Shown: piece by piece, positions 1 through 14,654 of the stretch
Numbering within the stretch: position 1 is the stretch's first letter
How the letters are laid out: each line of letters starts with the position of its first letter
DNA from: Vicugna vicugna
Taxonomy: Eukaryota
Reading direction: 5' to 3'
Length of the DNA stretch: 64,000 bases
Assembly: GCA_013265495.1 (NCBI GenBank)
Contig: MU057744.1
Location: 1,763,524 to 1,827,523, forward strand
The notes under the pieces: generated by a model
What the model was told of the DNA's origin: nothing
What the model saw: the letters and a program-made list of their open reading frames with translations, nothing else
The model's database searches: none
Translations under genes and position numbers: made by a program

Positions 1-1908
1 AAGCTCTCACACAAGCAAAAGCCCTTCAGAAACCCCGTATAGTAACAGGAGCTGTCTGGTGGGATTGCACGCAGGAAGGTGGTCCCTCTTGCCAGCGTCT
101 AAGGTTGCCTCAGTGATTACGTTCCACGGTGAACTCTTAGTTATGCTGCTGCTTTTACAGGGAGGGAGATAGGAGGTCTCGTTATTATCTGTTCTCCCAG
201 TAAAATTCAGTTCATCTCAATACCAGACCTGCTGTGTTCAAAGCACCCTCGAGTTTCCAGGCACTGCGAGTGTGGTGCCTCAGAGCCATCCTCCCCACAG
301 TTGCTGCTGGTTGTCCTTCGCCTGCTCCGAGGCTGAGAGTGAAGCAACACTGGGCTTTGTGTGCCTTAAGGGTGTCGAGATGCTGACAGTGAAGGAGGAA
401 TGTTTACCTCTGTCCTGGTAAAATCAGAGGCGGCTTCCAGGAGGTGGTAAATATTTGATCTGAGCTCTGCGGTTAGTGTGGAAGAGCAGTGAGCCTGGGG
501 ACAGAAAAAGGGTCAGGGAGAGGACTCAGGTGGCCCAGGTGAGCTTCCCCACGGTGTGCGACCGTGGGGATGGAGAGATGGGACTGCAGGAGATGTTTGA
601 AGCTTAAGTATGGGATTTGGTGAGAGAGGGAAGGAAACCTGGACAGATTTCTGGCTTTAGCTTGGACACCCACGCTGGAGGGTGTGGTGTCAGTTACTCT
701 CGGGTTTAGAGAATACGGGGGGAGGGACAGTTACATGAATGCAGAGTGAGTGACCTCAGGGCTTGGACACAGTCATGTTTACTTTTATGTTTAGAATCAG
801 GGTTAAGTTTTATAACCCTAGATTTCATTTCCAAAGTTAGGCACTCAGATAAGGAAAAAACAACTATAAGCTTTTACGTAAGTCCTGTTTGTTTGTAATG
901 ATCACCAAAAAAAGAAAAATAGATACCTTGTTTTTAACTTGGTTACTCCTGAAGACTTGAAAAAAATCTTGCGGGTGTTTGCACACTTTTCGTGTGGCAT
1001 TTATAAAACCTGGTAATTATCCCTATGGGGTGATTTGTTCCCTGACAGCGTGTGACTGCCTTCCAGGTGCCAGCCTGGCAGCACTGCCAGTGCACTTCAG
1101 GTCTCCAAGAAGGTAGAAAGCTAATCACTAGTGCAGGGGTGTGGAGCATCCTTCTTATTAATTCATTCCTAAAAATCTTGAATTCAGTTTATTCTGATCG
1201 CTGATACGCATTTTCAAGGACGAATATGAAAAAATGCCTGTCTCATGTTAACTGACTTCGTTAAGGCAGTGGAGTGATTTGTGAGAGCAGGAAGTCATGT
1301 CCAGTGGGTGAGATGAACAGCTGGAACCACCTCAAAGAGTTTCTGCCAGTCTGTTCTGATGCCAGTTGAGGTCTCCAATGTGTTTGGCTCTAAACACATA
1401 TAAATTACTACATGTCAAAACTAAGTCATTCCTACACCTTCTTACCTAGAATTCATTTCAGTTTGCAAAGCATTGGTCGTGCGGCTGCCACGTGCCAGGT
1501 ATGTTCTAGGTGCTGGGGGCACATCATCAAAGAGCAGAAGAAGCCAGTGCCTGTCCCCTTGGTCTTACATTCTGTGTGGCCACATTGGGCAGGTGGACAG
1601 GATGAGCCTTGTTGAGAAAGTAAGGTTTAAGCCAGTGCCGGAAGTTGCTGAGAGAGTGAGCGTGTGGGGTTCGGGTGGGGCCGGCTCGGAGCTGGGGCCG
1701 GAGCCGCGCGAATCCTGGAAGACAGCAGGGAGCCCGGGTAGCCCCAGGTCTCAGCACGACCTCAAGCATGAGCTGTGCGGGAGACGAGACGCAGCTCCGC
1801 TGGGCTGATGGTCTGGGTGTCCCTTCGCTTTCCTCCGTGCGGCTGGATCACCACTGCTGGTGTCTGACCTTGGAAGCTCTTACGTGCCGATTTCCTGTCC
1901 TGTTTTAG

Positions 1909-2012
1909 GTTAGAGACGACAATAAGAGACAGCACCCGTGTCTGGTGGAGTTCTCCAGGCTGCCTGAACAGGAACGCAATTACAATTTACAGATGTCACT
2001 TGAGACCCTGAA
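1909..2012 (+). CDS. RYR2: RYR2 coding exon (~exon 24), Repeat12
   Basis: ttttag|GTTAGAGAC...ACCCTGAA|gtgagt; 104 bp; [34 protein letters not shown](K). Confidence 0.96.
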
Positions 2013-4879
2013 GTGAGTTTCTTCAGTTTCCTATTTTCCTATCTGCATTACCCAAAAGAAACAAGGTGCTGATATTTTACTTTAATTCATTTTAATTCCA
2101 GTTAGAAATTGTCACCGTGTGTTGATGGATTGTATCGATATTTGTCTGGAATTAGATTTTGACCGTATTTTATGTCTTTGTACTCTGTGTAAGTATTTCC
2201 CAGAGTGCTCTGCTGGTGTTGATGGGTGTTACGGGACACAAGTGTCTGTCCTCGGATACAGCGCTGCTTGGAGTGTCAGTCACAGATTGTTACTGGTTTG
2301 TGACATGGAGGTTGGTAAACGTACTAGAACAAGCTTTTAGAAATGTTTATACCAATTTAAGGGGGCAATTTTATGTCTGTTGAATCTAACAATTTTTAAA
2401 ACATAGGCTTGTATCTTTTATGTCCTCATTTTGAAAATTTAATTTTCTCTAACAATTTTATTGCATTTTATCAGAAAATCAGATGACAGTGGGCTTGAAA
2501 TTAAAAAAGGAATCAGTCCTTCACCAATAGTTTGAGAAGCACTGATCTGATAATATGTAAAAGTGCTATATTAATAAAATAAATAAGTTTTTATTTTTGC
2601 TGATGGACTTCTTGGAACTTTTACTATAAACTGGGTACTGCAAATATCTAAAGTGGGATGGAATGAGTTTATGGTATTTCCCGAACTTATTCAGCCATAG
2701 AACCCTTCTTGGCAGAGAGTACCTCCTGACCATTTGTCTGAGGAACACATTTTGAGAAAAGCTATTCTAGAGGATTTTAGGTCATCTTGTAAAGGCAGAT
2801 TTGTTTTCAGTGACTTTGCCAACTGTTTTCTCATGAAATTTGCTAATCATTGCAGATGAGAGAATGAGGTGGTGCAAAATAATGGAAATAAAGAAAGAAA
2901 ATAAATAAATAATGGCAAGTTTTAATATAGGAAAGTCTAGAAAATATTTTTGAAAAGACTGTAGCTTTTCTTTTGTTCCTTTCCCATCCTTGCTGGTCTG
3001 TGGAACTGAATTTGCCCGAGTAGGCCACTCATCCTCACACCTGCTCATGTTAGGAATGAAGCAGTACTTCTGTCCTTTTTGTTTATCTCAGTTCTGCTAA
3101 ATGTGAGGAGCTATTTCCATTGGAGTTATTTTACCAAAGACCCAGAACATAAAACTTGAGCACTGTTTCAAATTCTAGGGTGTGGGTCCAGGAAGATAGC
3201 TTCAGAGGTGTGGTAGTGATTATCATGATGGAAATGAACAAAGTGGGCCTAGAATGAGTTTTGGTTCTACCAGTAGTGTAAAGGGGAAAGGAATCGATAC
3301 AGATTGGCTGAAAGTGATGAAGCTTGCTGGTGGCAAGGCACGCGGGGCACGTCGCCATGACCTGGGTCCCTGGTGTCCCGGACCTCCTGTCTCCCTCGTG
3401 GTCTTGGTGTGAGTCTTGCCCATTCAGTTAGCAGGTCGCTGCAGCTCATTGTGGCCCATCTTTTGCAACAAAGTGTTTTTATTGAAAGTTCATGGCCTAA
3501 GATAATTAGGTTAAATTTTCAGTGCATTCCGTGTAATTTTATCAATTGACAGCTAAGCCAGGTGGGCGACTCCTGGGAAGCTGAGAGGTAGAAATCTCCA
3601 CGTTTGCATTTGGTGTATAGAGCCTTTGACGGGTCCCTGTGACCTGATCGCACCCTAACGGCTACTGCTGGCAGGTTTGACTAATCACAAGACTGCAGGG
3701 TCCTGGAGCTGTGGCCTCCGTGAATGCTAATAACCCTTTTCATGAGCTAATTCTCAATGTCGGTATGGTTTTATGATGAACTGATCTCACCTATTTCTTT
3801 AATATTTAAATTGGCAGAAAAGAGCTCCTACTTCTCCAGAATTCACACGATGCCCCATTCCAGTAGTTTAAAGAAAGTGCTGTCCTTTCTTTCTGTATTT
3901 CCTTTATTCACTTGGTTAGGTGATAGGCCCTGGAGCAGACGAGGTAAGAACACAGGGTCTGGAGGGTTGGTTAGTCTGGATTTGAAGATTTTCTCCTCCA
4001 AAGGGAATCTTAGGTTCTCTGAACCGTAGACTTTTCTATCCTCAGTTTAAAGTGGGGATCGTGGTGTGTCTGCTTGATGGAACGCAGTGGGGACTGATGC
4101 TGTAATACCGATGAAGCCTCTGCCCCACGTGTCTGATGGAAGAAAGCTCTCTGTAAAGTTCAGTTTTTTCAAAAAATACATCGTGGGAGGGATTAGCAGC
4201 TTGATTCATTTCAGTCCTGAGGGGTGCCCAGTCACAAATAAGCAGAAGCTCCAGAACAGCCCTTATTTGAAGTGTTGGGCGATTTCAGTGACAGTGGTTT
4301 TTGATTGCTCGTTCTGTGATTTTCTGTCATGTAAGTTGTTGACAAAGATAGCTCCCTTCAGATTCCCATGGTCCCCCGTGTGTGGGACAGCTCTCTTCTC
4401 TCCTCTCTTCCAACACCCTCTCTCCGACAGCACAGCTGTTTTGGGATGCCTGTCAGCTTTCCCCTCAGTTTAACCCATGTTACTCAAGTTTTAGTTCCTT
4501 GTTTTCATTTCCAATCCCTACAGTACTTCCAAAATTCCAGATCTAAATTTTTGAGTAAATGACTCATTTAAAAAATGAATGTTATAATGATTTTTAACTG
4601 ACGCAGTATTCTTTTATAGTATCTTTGTCTGGAACTTAACAAAACGGTGTTGAAACTAGAACAATATTTTTCTCCTTAGCCAAGTGGTTTTTTTCTTAAA
4701 ATCATTTACTGGGACTACGGTGGGTCTCTGTGTCTGCAGGGGGTTGCTGAGGGGAGAGGGGTGCTGGGCAGTGAGGAGAGCAGTGTGAGAGTGAGAAAAG
4801 GCATCATTTTTGTCTAAAAGAGCAGGTTTTCCTCCTACCTCTGTCTGTGCTTTTTTTCAGCCTCTTGCTGGCAGTGACT

Positions 4880-5490
4880 CTCCCAGTCTCTCAAGTTTGT
4901 GGTTCTTTATGTTCAGCCCTGGGCCCTTTCTTCTCACTGTGCAAACTCTCTGGAGGTATTTTCATCACGCCCATAACTTAAATATCACGCAGGTGCTGAC
5001 GGCTGCCCAAATGTACATCTCCCCCTCTCCAGACATCTGCTCCGAGGAATGGAAGCGTGCACCCCATTCCTCAGGGGCAGTTTCCCTGGATGCATCTCCC
5101 ACACCTTGACCTGCAGCCCACAGCCCCCGTGAAGGGCACCCCCATTCATGCTGCTGCACAGGCACAAACCTGGGACCCTCTTTGACTCTTCCTCTTTTTC
5201 TGTCCCTACATCCAGCCCACTGCCAAGACCTCCCAAGTGTGTTTACAGTCAGTCCTCTTCCCTCATTTCCAGAGCAGTCATCCCCATCCAGGCCACAGTC
5301 ATCTGTCACCAAGTCATCTCCTAATAGTCCCCCACTTGCCTTCTTCCAGTTAATCCTGTTTGGAGCAGCCAGCATGTGTGCACACACCCATGTATTCATA
5401 CACATGTTGCTTAAAACTGTTTGGTGCCTTCCCATTGCACTTAAATACAATCTGACACCCTCCTGAGTCTTGTAAGACCTGCAGGATCTG
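4880..5490 (+). mobile_element. L2 fragment
   Basis: gctgacggctgcccaaatgtacatctcc... resembles the L2 3' region; further L2 pieces at about 5900-6600. Confidence 0.6.
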
Positions 5491-7084
5491 ATCTGATCTG
5501 ATAGAAAAGTATATTGCTTTTTTAAAGTAAGACAAATATGTGCCTGCTGGTATGGAAAGACGTACACTTTACACATAAATGGGGGGAAAGCCAGATCCTG
5601 AACAGTATTATGATGGGCTTCTAATTGTGTAAGATGACGTGAATACACACACGTGCACACACGCACACACTAGTGTGTGTATTACAGATGCTAGAGTGTG
5701 TGTATGAAGTTTCTGGAAGGAGACTAGGAAACTGCCATAAGGTTCCCCCAGGAGGTGGGACCACCATGAGGGAGAGGAAGGCCCATGACTAAGGGGCTGA
5801 CTGCTCACCAGGGCCACCTCCACCAGAGTCGCCAGCAGGTGACACTTTACCGCCCCCTGCGGCCCCCCGCCATTCCAGACCCAGCGAGGAGGACACTTTA
5901 GAGACCCTCCCGCACTAATGATGCTGTGACACACTGTCACCTCCAGCACTACCAGTGCCCACCCGGGCCTGAGCTACCATTATTCCCCACCTGGAACCCT
6001 AAAATTGCCCCAGCAGGTCCAGTTGAGACACTAGCCTAGCTCTTCTCTCAACCATTCTGCGCTCTGCAGCCGGCTGATCTCAGATATTTAGGGGATCGTG
6101 TCTTTCTCCCTATCTGAATTCCTTTAATGAATTTCCTTTGCTCTTACGATGACGGCAGGACCTCAGTTTGCCTAAAGGTCCAGCGAGGTCCGGGCTCCCC
6201 TCTCAGCAGCACATCATGGGGAGGCTGCTCCTTCTGTCTCGCCTGCAGCCACACTAGCCTTCGTGCTGCCCAGCTGTTTCACGTTCCCTTCCACCACGGG
6301 GCCTCTGTGGGTCCCTTGCTGGGGGTACTCCCTCCATGACCTGTTCTCATCCTTTACATCCCAGGTCCTTCTTCTTGAAGCATTTGCTGAGCTCTTTAGC
6401 CCTTTAAAGCCCCCTTCTGTAGGCACTCAGCCCTTTTGTCTCTCTCAGCGTGGAAGCTGCCCAGCTGCTTGTAGTCACAGCACTGCCTCTACTCTACCCG
6501 AACTCAGTTTCTTGAAGGCAGGTATCTCTCTTGATCTTATTTACCATCTTTTGAACTTTACACAGAGCTCAGTAAGTACTTGTCAGATGAATGAAGCAGC
6601 AATAAACGATGAAGCTCAGTCCAGGCTTTTAGACACCACATGCTCACCATGGGCAGGGTGCCTCCAGTTCTCTGTGGCTTTGCGCCAGCCTGTTCACTCT
6701 TCCCACGGTGGCTGTGTACTTGATGTACTACGATGCCACATGCACCAATTAATGCTGCTTCATCTTGTGGTGAATACCTACTGAATGCGTGTGCAAGTTT
6801 CCCTGGGAGGCACCAGGTAAGACAGGGGTCCACGTTCAGCTGCCTCTTCCTACTTCCCTTAACTCTGCCCCTCCCCACCAGCCTCTGTACAAGCTTCCCG
6901 TTCACGCTGCTCTCTCTCTGCAGACTTGAAAACACTCTTAAATGAGTGAGTTGAACAGTGTTAAATCAAATAAAATGGTTTTAATAAAGATAATACAAAG
7001 GCCAAGGAGTTCTTCTTCAAAGAACTTGGTGTGGTTGATAGTGTGAAATCAATTTTTTAAATGATCTATTGCTGTCATTTAAAA

Positions 7085-8120
7085 ATCTCCTTGGATTAGA
7101 CATAAAATTCTTAGATATAATACCAAAAATGTGATCCATAAAAGAAGACAAAATCAAGATATTGGATCTCAATAAAAGTAAAACTTTATGCACTACAAAA
7201 GAAACCATATAGAAAATGAAGACACAAGCCACAGACTGGGAGAAAATATTTGTAAATCATGTGAGTTTATATTTGTAGGATTTATACTAAATCAAACAAG
7301 TCCTGACAAAGAACTTGCAGGCAGAATATGTAATAACTCTCACAACTCAGTAATAAGAATATATGCAGCCCATGAGTGTCTGTTTTACTGAAGAAGATGT
7401 GTAAATGGTTAATAAACACATTAAAAGATGCTCAAGATCATTAGTCATTAGGAAAATGCAAATTAAACCACAGTGAGATACAAGCACACACACTGGAAGA
7501 GGCCGCGATCAGAAAGACAGATGCGCTCAGTGCTGGTGCAGAGGTAGGAACCTGAAACCACAGGTGCTGCTGGCGGGACTGTGCAGTGGCCCTGCTACTC
7601 TGGAAAAGAGGCTGATGGCTTCTTGAAAGGTTACACCGAAGTTTACCACACAGGCTAGCAGGTCCACTCCGACATACTTACCCAAGAGAAATGAAAGCAT
7701 GTGTTGACCCAAAGACATGCACACGACTGTTCATAGACTCATTATACAAAACGGCCCCAAACCGGAAACTGCCGGTGTCCATCGACGGATGAATGGATAA
7801 ACAAAGTGTGTGATATAGCCATACACTGCAGCACCGGTCAGCAGTAAAAGTTGTTTATTTAACAACTAATATGCACTGTAGCGTGAATAACCCTAAAGGC
7901 ATTGTGCTCAATCAAAGAAGCCTGACAGGAAGGATTCATTATTCTGTGACTCTGTGAGTATGAAGTGTCCTGAGAAGGCAAGTCTGTAGAGACAGAAAGC
8001 AGATTAATGGTGGCTTGAGGGTAAGGTGATGAAGGACTGTAGGCACGTGTGGAGCATTTGATGGGGTGATGGGAGCATTCTAACACTGGGTTGTGGTGAT
8101 GGTCTGACCGTGCTAACCAT
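7085..8120 (+). mobile_element. L1M 3' fragment (ORF2 end plus 3'UTR)
   Basis: Motifs gaaaatgcaaattaaaccacagtgagata and ggatgaatggataaacaaagtgtg. Confidence 0.8.
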
Positions 8121-8680
8121 CACCCTCACTTCATGTACTAGGTACATGGCAATCAGAAGATTTCTTGGTCAGCATGCACTCAGAAGTTTAATTACCTGGA
8201 TTTAAGATAAATCCCAGTATCACTGTCACCCTTGAGTACCCACAGAGCTGGGTTTGGTGTCCTCCTTGACCCTTTCGTACCCTGTATTTATGTCACTGCC
8301 TGCAAGACACTGGGTCATAGTTAATTTTTGTCTCACTCCTCACTAGCCCCAGAACTTAGCAGAGGGCGTGGCGCATAGAGGTGTTCGGAAGATATTTATT
8401 GTATCGAGAAATGAGTGAGTGGAGGACAATGGCAAGAAACTTCTGCCATTGGACTGTTTGAATAAGTAGAACCTGTGTTCTGAGTCAGTTTTCTGTTCTT
8501 CTGTTGCTGATCCGTCTGACCTTAATTGGCACATTCTTTACTTCGATGATTTTATACCTTCAGTTAGCTTTTGCTCTATCCATGTTTTGTAGTTATACGC
8601 TCAAAAGGTAATTTCACGGGCTCATCTTAATTTTGCCATGTGTAACCTAAATTTAACTTGATAGCAGTGTGTGTAAGTAT

Positions 8681-8682
<2 letters not shown>

Positions 8683-8712
<30 letters not shown>
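8683..8712. repeat. (TG)n microsatellite
   Basis: About 15 GT units. Confidence 0.95.
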
Positions 8713-8713
<1 letters not shown>

Positions 8714-8879
8714 TATCTATCTCTAGATCATCATTTTTAAAATGTTATGGAGGATAAGTATAGATGGATTTTAGATACTCACCACACCCCTTTTGGAAAT
8801 GACCAGCTTAGAAATTCTGTAATCCCAAAAGTTCATCTAATTCTGTTGAGGTAGAAAGAACCACTCATTGTCCTGAGCA

Positions 8880-10100
8880 CTAAAAGATGTTGTTTACCTA
8901 AGTTGGGAGGACTTTTAAGGTTGAGCTCCAAATGTGAATAGTAAGGATCTTTCTTGGGGAAATCAAAAAAAGCTCATTCATTAAAGGGAGTGAAAAATAC
9001 AGAGTGTCTGAAAAAATGGATAAACTATTCCTGACAAATTGAAACCCTGATGTGTCATGTGAAAATGACATTTTTCTAGACTGGTAAGTCCAGAAAAGGA
9101 TTAAAAAACATATAGAGAATTTAGCATATGGTAAAGATGTCATTTCAAATCAGTGATTTAAAAATGGATTTTTCAGTAAATATTGTGTGGAGTAAAAAAA
9201 CTGAGTAAAAAATAAAATTCTGGGGAAAAAATAAAGTTAAATCCCTTTCTTAGAGCGTATAGCCTCCCCTCCCTCCAAAAAAGCAAAGCTGTTTTCCTTG
9301 AGATGATTTTACAAATGGAAAACTTCTTTCTAAGGACCACATAAAACCCAGAAGTCATTAAAAAACAAGAGAGAAAAATTCAGTTCTAAAAAAATAGATT
9401 TAAAACTGTGCATAGAAAGAGCACCATAAAGAAAGTAAAAAGACAGATGACAAACGAGAAAATATTTCTAACTCAAATCTCTGATACTTGAAGAGCTTCT
9501 AAAATACAACAGTAAAAACCAAATCTAACCAAAAAGTGAAGGAGGAAAATGTTCACATAAGAAAGGAAATATGGATACCTCTAGAAGCACATGAGAAAGG
9601 TGCTCAGCTGAACTTGTGTTAAGAAAAATGCAAATTAAAACTGTGAGTGAGACGTCTTAGTAACCTATTAATTGACCAAGGTGAAGCACTTTGATAACTG
9701 TATTGGAAAGGAGTGGGGAACAGACAGTGTCGTACACAGCTGGCAATCGTGTGAGCGATTACAGCTCTGCAGACGTTTGGGGATAGCTGTCAGACTCTGA
9801 ATGTGCGTTCCCTGTGACCCAGGAGCTGCGTGGCTAGGAATTCATGCTGTGGATGAAGGATAGAGTGTGAGGATTAAATGTAGAAGGTTATTCATTGCAG
9901 CATTGTTTATAATAACAAGAGACTATGAACAGAGAATTTGGTAAAACATTATGACACAGCTAATGAGACCCTTCAGAGCTGGTGAAAAATAAACTGCAAA
10001 GGACAGTAAATCAAAGTCATACTGAGTATCAAAGTTATATTGTAAACTTGATAAAGCAAATTGCAGAGAACTGTGTTAGATATAACCATTGTGTAAAAGG
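8880..10100 (+). mobile_element. Ancient L1M fragment
   Basis: Decayed A-rich ORF2-like sequence (aaaaatgcaaattaaaact; ttcattgcagcattgtttataataacaa). Confidence 0.65.
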
Positions 10101-10249
10101 AAAACACCACCACCACCACACACACACACCTGCTTTAGCATGTGCATAGATCCTGGCAGGACATTCAAGAGTTAGTAGCAATGAGTGCCTTTAGGACGGA
10201 AACAGGACTAGAGGGACGGGACTGGAGAGAGACTCACTTTTCAATGTTT

Positions 10250-10273
10250 TGTGTGTGTGTGTGTGTGTGTGTG
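10250..10273. repeat. (TG)n microsatellite
   Basis: About 12 TG units. Confidence 0.95.
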
Positions 10274-10479
10274 CCTGAATTAAGACATTCAGTTTTCAGG
10301 TGTCCTACTCATTACTCAAAAGTAAATAATTTCTAAATAAGTACACTTTCGTTTGGCTTTAAAACAGAAGATACCTCTCTGCTGTCAAGGTGGCCCGTTA
10401 CACCTCATTCCCAACTGTGACTGCTCTGGACTTAGGGAAGGAATTACTGCAGCGTATGATGTCTGGTTTTGTTTTCCAG

Positions 10480-10563
10480 GACCTTGTTGGCATTAGGATG
10501 TCACGTGGGCATATCAGATGAACATGCTGAAGAAAAGGTGAAAAAAATGAAGCTGCCCAAGAA
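10480..10563 (+). CDS. RYR2: RYR2 coding exon (~exon 25)
   Basis: ttccag|GACCTTG...CCCAAGAA|gtaagt; 84 bp; [27 protein letters not shown](N). Confidence 0.96.
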
Positions 10564-13500
10564 GTAAGTTGAATGTCTGAGCAACACTAAGTAGTCTGTG
10601 CGTTCCTTTAGTGAACTGGACTCTTGTAGCTAAACTGCGTCGCTCTTGTCGGACACGTATATCCTATGCATATGCTATAAATTCCAGAATTTAAACTTGC
10701 TGTATCACACTCGGGGCTACATCAAGTCTATGGTGACTCTGTGGAGTCTCCATCACAGCACCCAGAGGGGAAACAAAACTCACAAAATATTTGGCAGTGT
10801 GATAGAAAAAGTATGTTCTCTTCTGTGTGCTTGTGTGTGTGAACACGTGTGCCCACGTCCTAACTGACTGCATGTGGTTTCTCATTTTCCGCCCAAAAAA
10901 AGTGTATATTTTTGTTTGCTTTTACAAAGAAAATCTATTTTAGGAGTAGCTGTGAAGTCGGTATCATCACTCCCATTTTAAGACGAGAAGCTGAGGAAGT
11001 GAATGCTCTAGGGATGATTTTGCTGGCGGTGCTACAACCTGTTCAGTGTCTCAAAACCTCAGCCTTGCATCTGCCACAGGTGCTGATAATGCCTGCTTCG
11101 CAGGGGCTGGAGGTCCTAGGGATTAGTGAGTAAGTGCTCAGCAAGTGACAGCCGCTTCGTGTTACTGCTTTTTCTTTATTTCAAGTATTCAAGCCACTTT
11201 TCTGAGGCCTGCACGTTGTAAACAGCAGGCCTAGAAGGGTGTTAAGTAATATGGAGATAAAAACAAAGCAGCCCCTCCATGATTTCCATCAGTTGCAGCA
11301 GGCCTCAGGTTACCCCAGATAAACATAAAATTCAAATAGAAACAGTGTGTGTGCTATGCAAATGCAAATCCTGGCAAGTCCTCTAGTCCAACAAGCATTT
11401 TTACCTAATCCAACAAACTCCATTTAAAACATATGGATAAAACTATATTATAATTACCTTGCACATTTTTAGGTTCTAAAGTTTTTCTTTAAAAGTTTAA
11501 ACAGTTCCAAAGGATGCTATTTAAAGACATATTTCATACATTTACTCTTTGAAATGACACTTTTATGTCACTTTTAAGTGTATCTGATAGAAGCAGATTC
11601 ACAGTGTTTGCATATGTATCATTATTTATTTAAAATCTACACGTGCGAGTTACTGGTCACAGGGAATCTGACATCGTCTTGCCTTTCTCTTTGAATTGCA
11701 TTTCCAATCCGTTTACCCCACAGAATATTACTCTATTCAAATACGTTTTGATTAACCACTCCATCATACTTATTTATAACCAAATGTGCATCTAAGTTGA
11801 ATTAAAAATTTTTTTTTTGATTTCTATGATCATAGTCCTAAATGTTAAAAGTTTTCTTCTGAGTTATCATTATAATTCAGCCACATCCTTGTTAGTTTTT
11901 TTAAAGCTAAAAAGGGAAGAAACTATCTTTCGCTAAAGAATTTATTATCCTCTCCTTACAGTGACTCATTCTGAGTGTTTTAGAAAGTGTATCATACAGG
12001 CATCGTTAAGACTAAGACTAACTAAAGAACTTGTAGCTGTATCTGTCACTCTTTCACTGAGAGATTCCTTATGTAACCTAATGTACACAAGGATAAGAAA
12101 ATGGAAATATTAATTATCTTTGCCACCCTAGTACATTTAATGAGTTTTTTTTTTATCATGTACTGTGTATGTGTGCATGTATGTGTGTGTGTATCTCATT
12201 AAGACCTTGGGGAAAGCAGTCAGTCTGAAAAGGCTGCATGCTGAATGATTCCAACTGTAGGACTTTGCTGGAAAAGCAACACTTGTGGAGATAGTAAAAA
12301 AGGTCAGTGGCCGCCAGAGGTTGGGGGACGGAGAGCTGAACAGGTGGAGAGCAGGGTTTTTAGGGCAGTGAAAATACTCCATATGACTCTGTCATTGTGG
12401 ATGCCTGTCGTTACACGTGTGTCCAGACCCACAGAACAGACGACACTAAGCGTGAATTCTGATGTAAACTGTGGGCTCTGGATGATAGTGTGTCAGGGTT
12501 TGTCAGGGTTTGTCACTTGTGACAAGGGCACCGCTGTGCTGAGGAATGTTGGAAATAGGAGAGGCTGTGGGAGGGGGCACAGTGGGTGTGAGATACATCT
12601 CAGTTTTGCTGTGAACTTAAAACTTCTCTAAAAAGTAAGGTCTTTGCAGTAAGTTAGTCTCATGGAGGAATTAAGTTCCTCTGTCTTCAATATATTTTTA
12701 CTGACGCTTTTTCTTAGTGTTGCTTTCAGTAGCTGTACACTATTGAAAATAGGTGTGGAAGTGGAAAAGATGGGGTCATTAAACTGCACTCACACCTGCT
12801 GACAGTCTGTACTGCATCTAAATTTGCCGGGAGATGCCATCTGTCCTTACACTATTGGCAAAAATTAAGGAATTTGATAATGACAGGTATTGACATGGGT
12901 GCAGATCAGCACAGACCTAAAAGGTTGGAGTCTTTCCTCCAACCATTTTAAAGCAGTTTGGCATCATTGTGTAAAAGGAAACACTTGCACACCTCGTTAC
13001 ACCCAGCAGTTTCACTCCTAGAGAGATGCTGTAGAGAAAGTCCCCTCCAGCGCACAGGACGCTCTCGTTCGCAGCAATGTAGTTTGTAACGGCATAAAAG
13101 TGCAGGAGCGGGAGGAATGTTACTCAGTGGGAAGACGATTAAGTTGGAGATAGTCATATAATAAAGTGAGTGAATTATAATCGTAAGTGGTAATATAGAT
13201 GAACCTAAGAAACAATGTTGAGAATGGGTAAAAACTATAACCCACAAGGTTACATAAAGTTTAGAACTATTTTCTGAGGCTCAAAAACATAAGTATAAAA
13301 ATATATGTATTTTTTAGAGATACATGCTCGTGTGGTAAGATTAATTTTTTAAAGGAGTGGAATCATAATTCTCAGTAGTAACTCCCTTGGGTTGGAGTGT
13401 AGGCAGGGCTGTGAAGTGGGGAGGCGCACACAGATGTGTACAGTGGCATCAGTCATGTTCTGAGTCTCAGCGTGGTGGTGGGTCAGTGGAGTTTATTTCG

Positions 13501-14620
13501 TTGTAATGCTTTAAAGCACATTCTTTTGTATGTATCAGTAGTAGTTATTTTAAAAAATAAAAATATGACAGGTATAAATCCAAATACATCATTAATCTCA
13601 ACAAATGTAACTGAATTAAACTCTCCAGATAAGATGCAGTGATTGTCAGATTAGATTTTAAAAGGTGGAACTCATGTTGTATTCACCTCACAAAAATAAA
13701 ACCCAGGTGTAGGAGACATATCGAGGAATTTAGAACATGCAGAGTTGGAAAAAGTAACATGACGTACCAAGCAATGTTACTCAAAAGGAAGCGCAGTGTC
13801 CTTTTTGTCAGTTGTCTCATATAAGACAAAATAGCTCTATAAGCAAAATTAGGAAAGGAGGTCACTGTATACGGAGCTAAAAGATAAGCATCATGCTATG
13901 ACTACTCATGTATGCACCAAGTAAAGCAGTTTCAAACAAATCAAGAAAACAAAATAGATTTTCCAAAACAAATAGACAAATGTACAGAGTGACAAATTGT
14001 AACACAGCTCCCAGAAAGTGGTATGTGTTGCAGACAAATATTAATGAAGAGTAATAACAATTTAACCCCCTGCAAATTAAAAGTTGGCACATACAGTACA
14101 CTGAACACAAGTGACATTTATAAAATTTAACATCCCTTACAATGTGAGGATGCTGATATCATAAATACTGTATTTATTGAATCACAAGAAATAACAGCAA
14201 CAACCAGAAAATCATGTAAAGTCATGATATATTTAAAAGTTTTAAAAAATAGTTCTCAATGGCTTATAGAGCAAACACATCATGAAAATTTAAAATACAA
14301 GAATGGAAAAGGCAGAGACTGCATATTAAAACGTATGAGTTGTGTATTTAAAGCAATTCTTGGAGAAAGCATGTTTTAGAAGTCTAATAAGCAGAGAAGA
14401 AAGCTCTGAAAAGATTCATAAAGGGAAAAAGAAATACTTCTTTTAGCACTTCTAAGGATATTTTCAGAAGAGACTGCAAACTATAATAAATTTATGCCCA
14501 AAATGTCTAAGTTAAGTGATACTGACAATTGTATATAATAATATCAAAACTGGCCCAATAAGAAAGAAAATGTTAATAGAGCTGTAACTATGAAAGGAAT
14601 TGAATTAATAGTTTAAAATC

Positions 14621-14654
14621 TACACACACACACACACACTCTCTCTCTCTCTCC
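14621..14654. repeat. Compound (CA)n(CT)n microsatellite
   Basis: acacacacacacacacactctctctctctctc. Confidence 0.9.

Noticed and set aside
4965..5666. 233-aa minus-strand ORF
   Set aside because: Runs over an L2 remnant and CA/TG low-complexity sequence; no recognisable domain.
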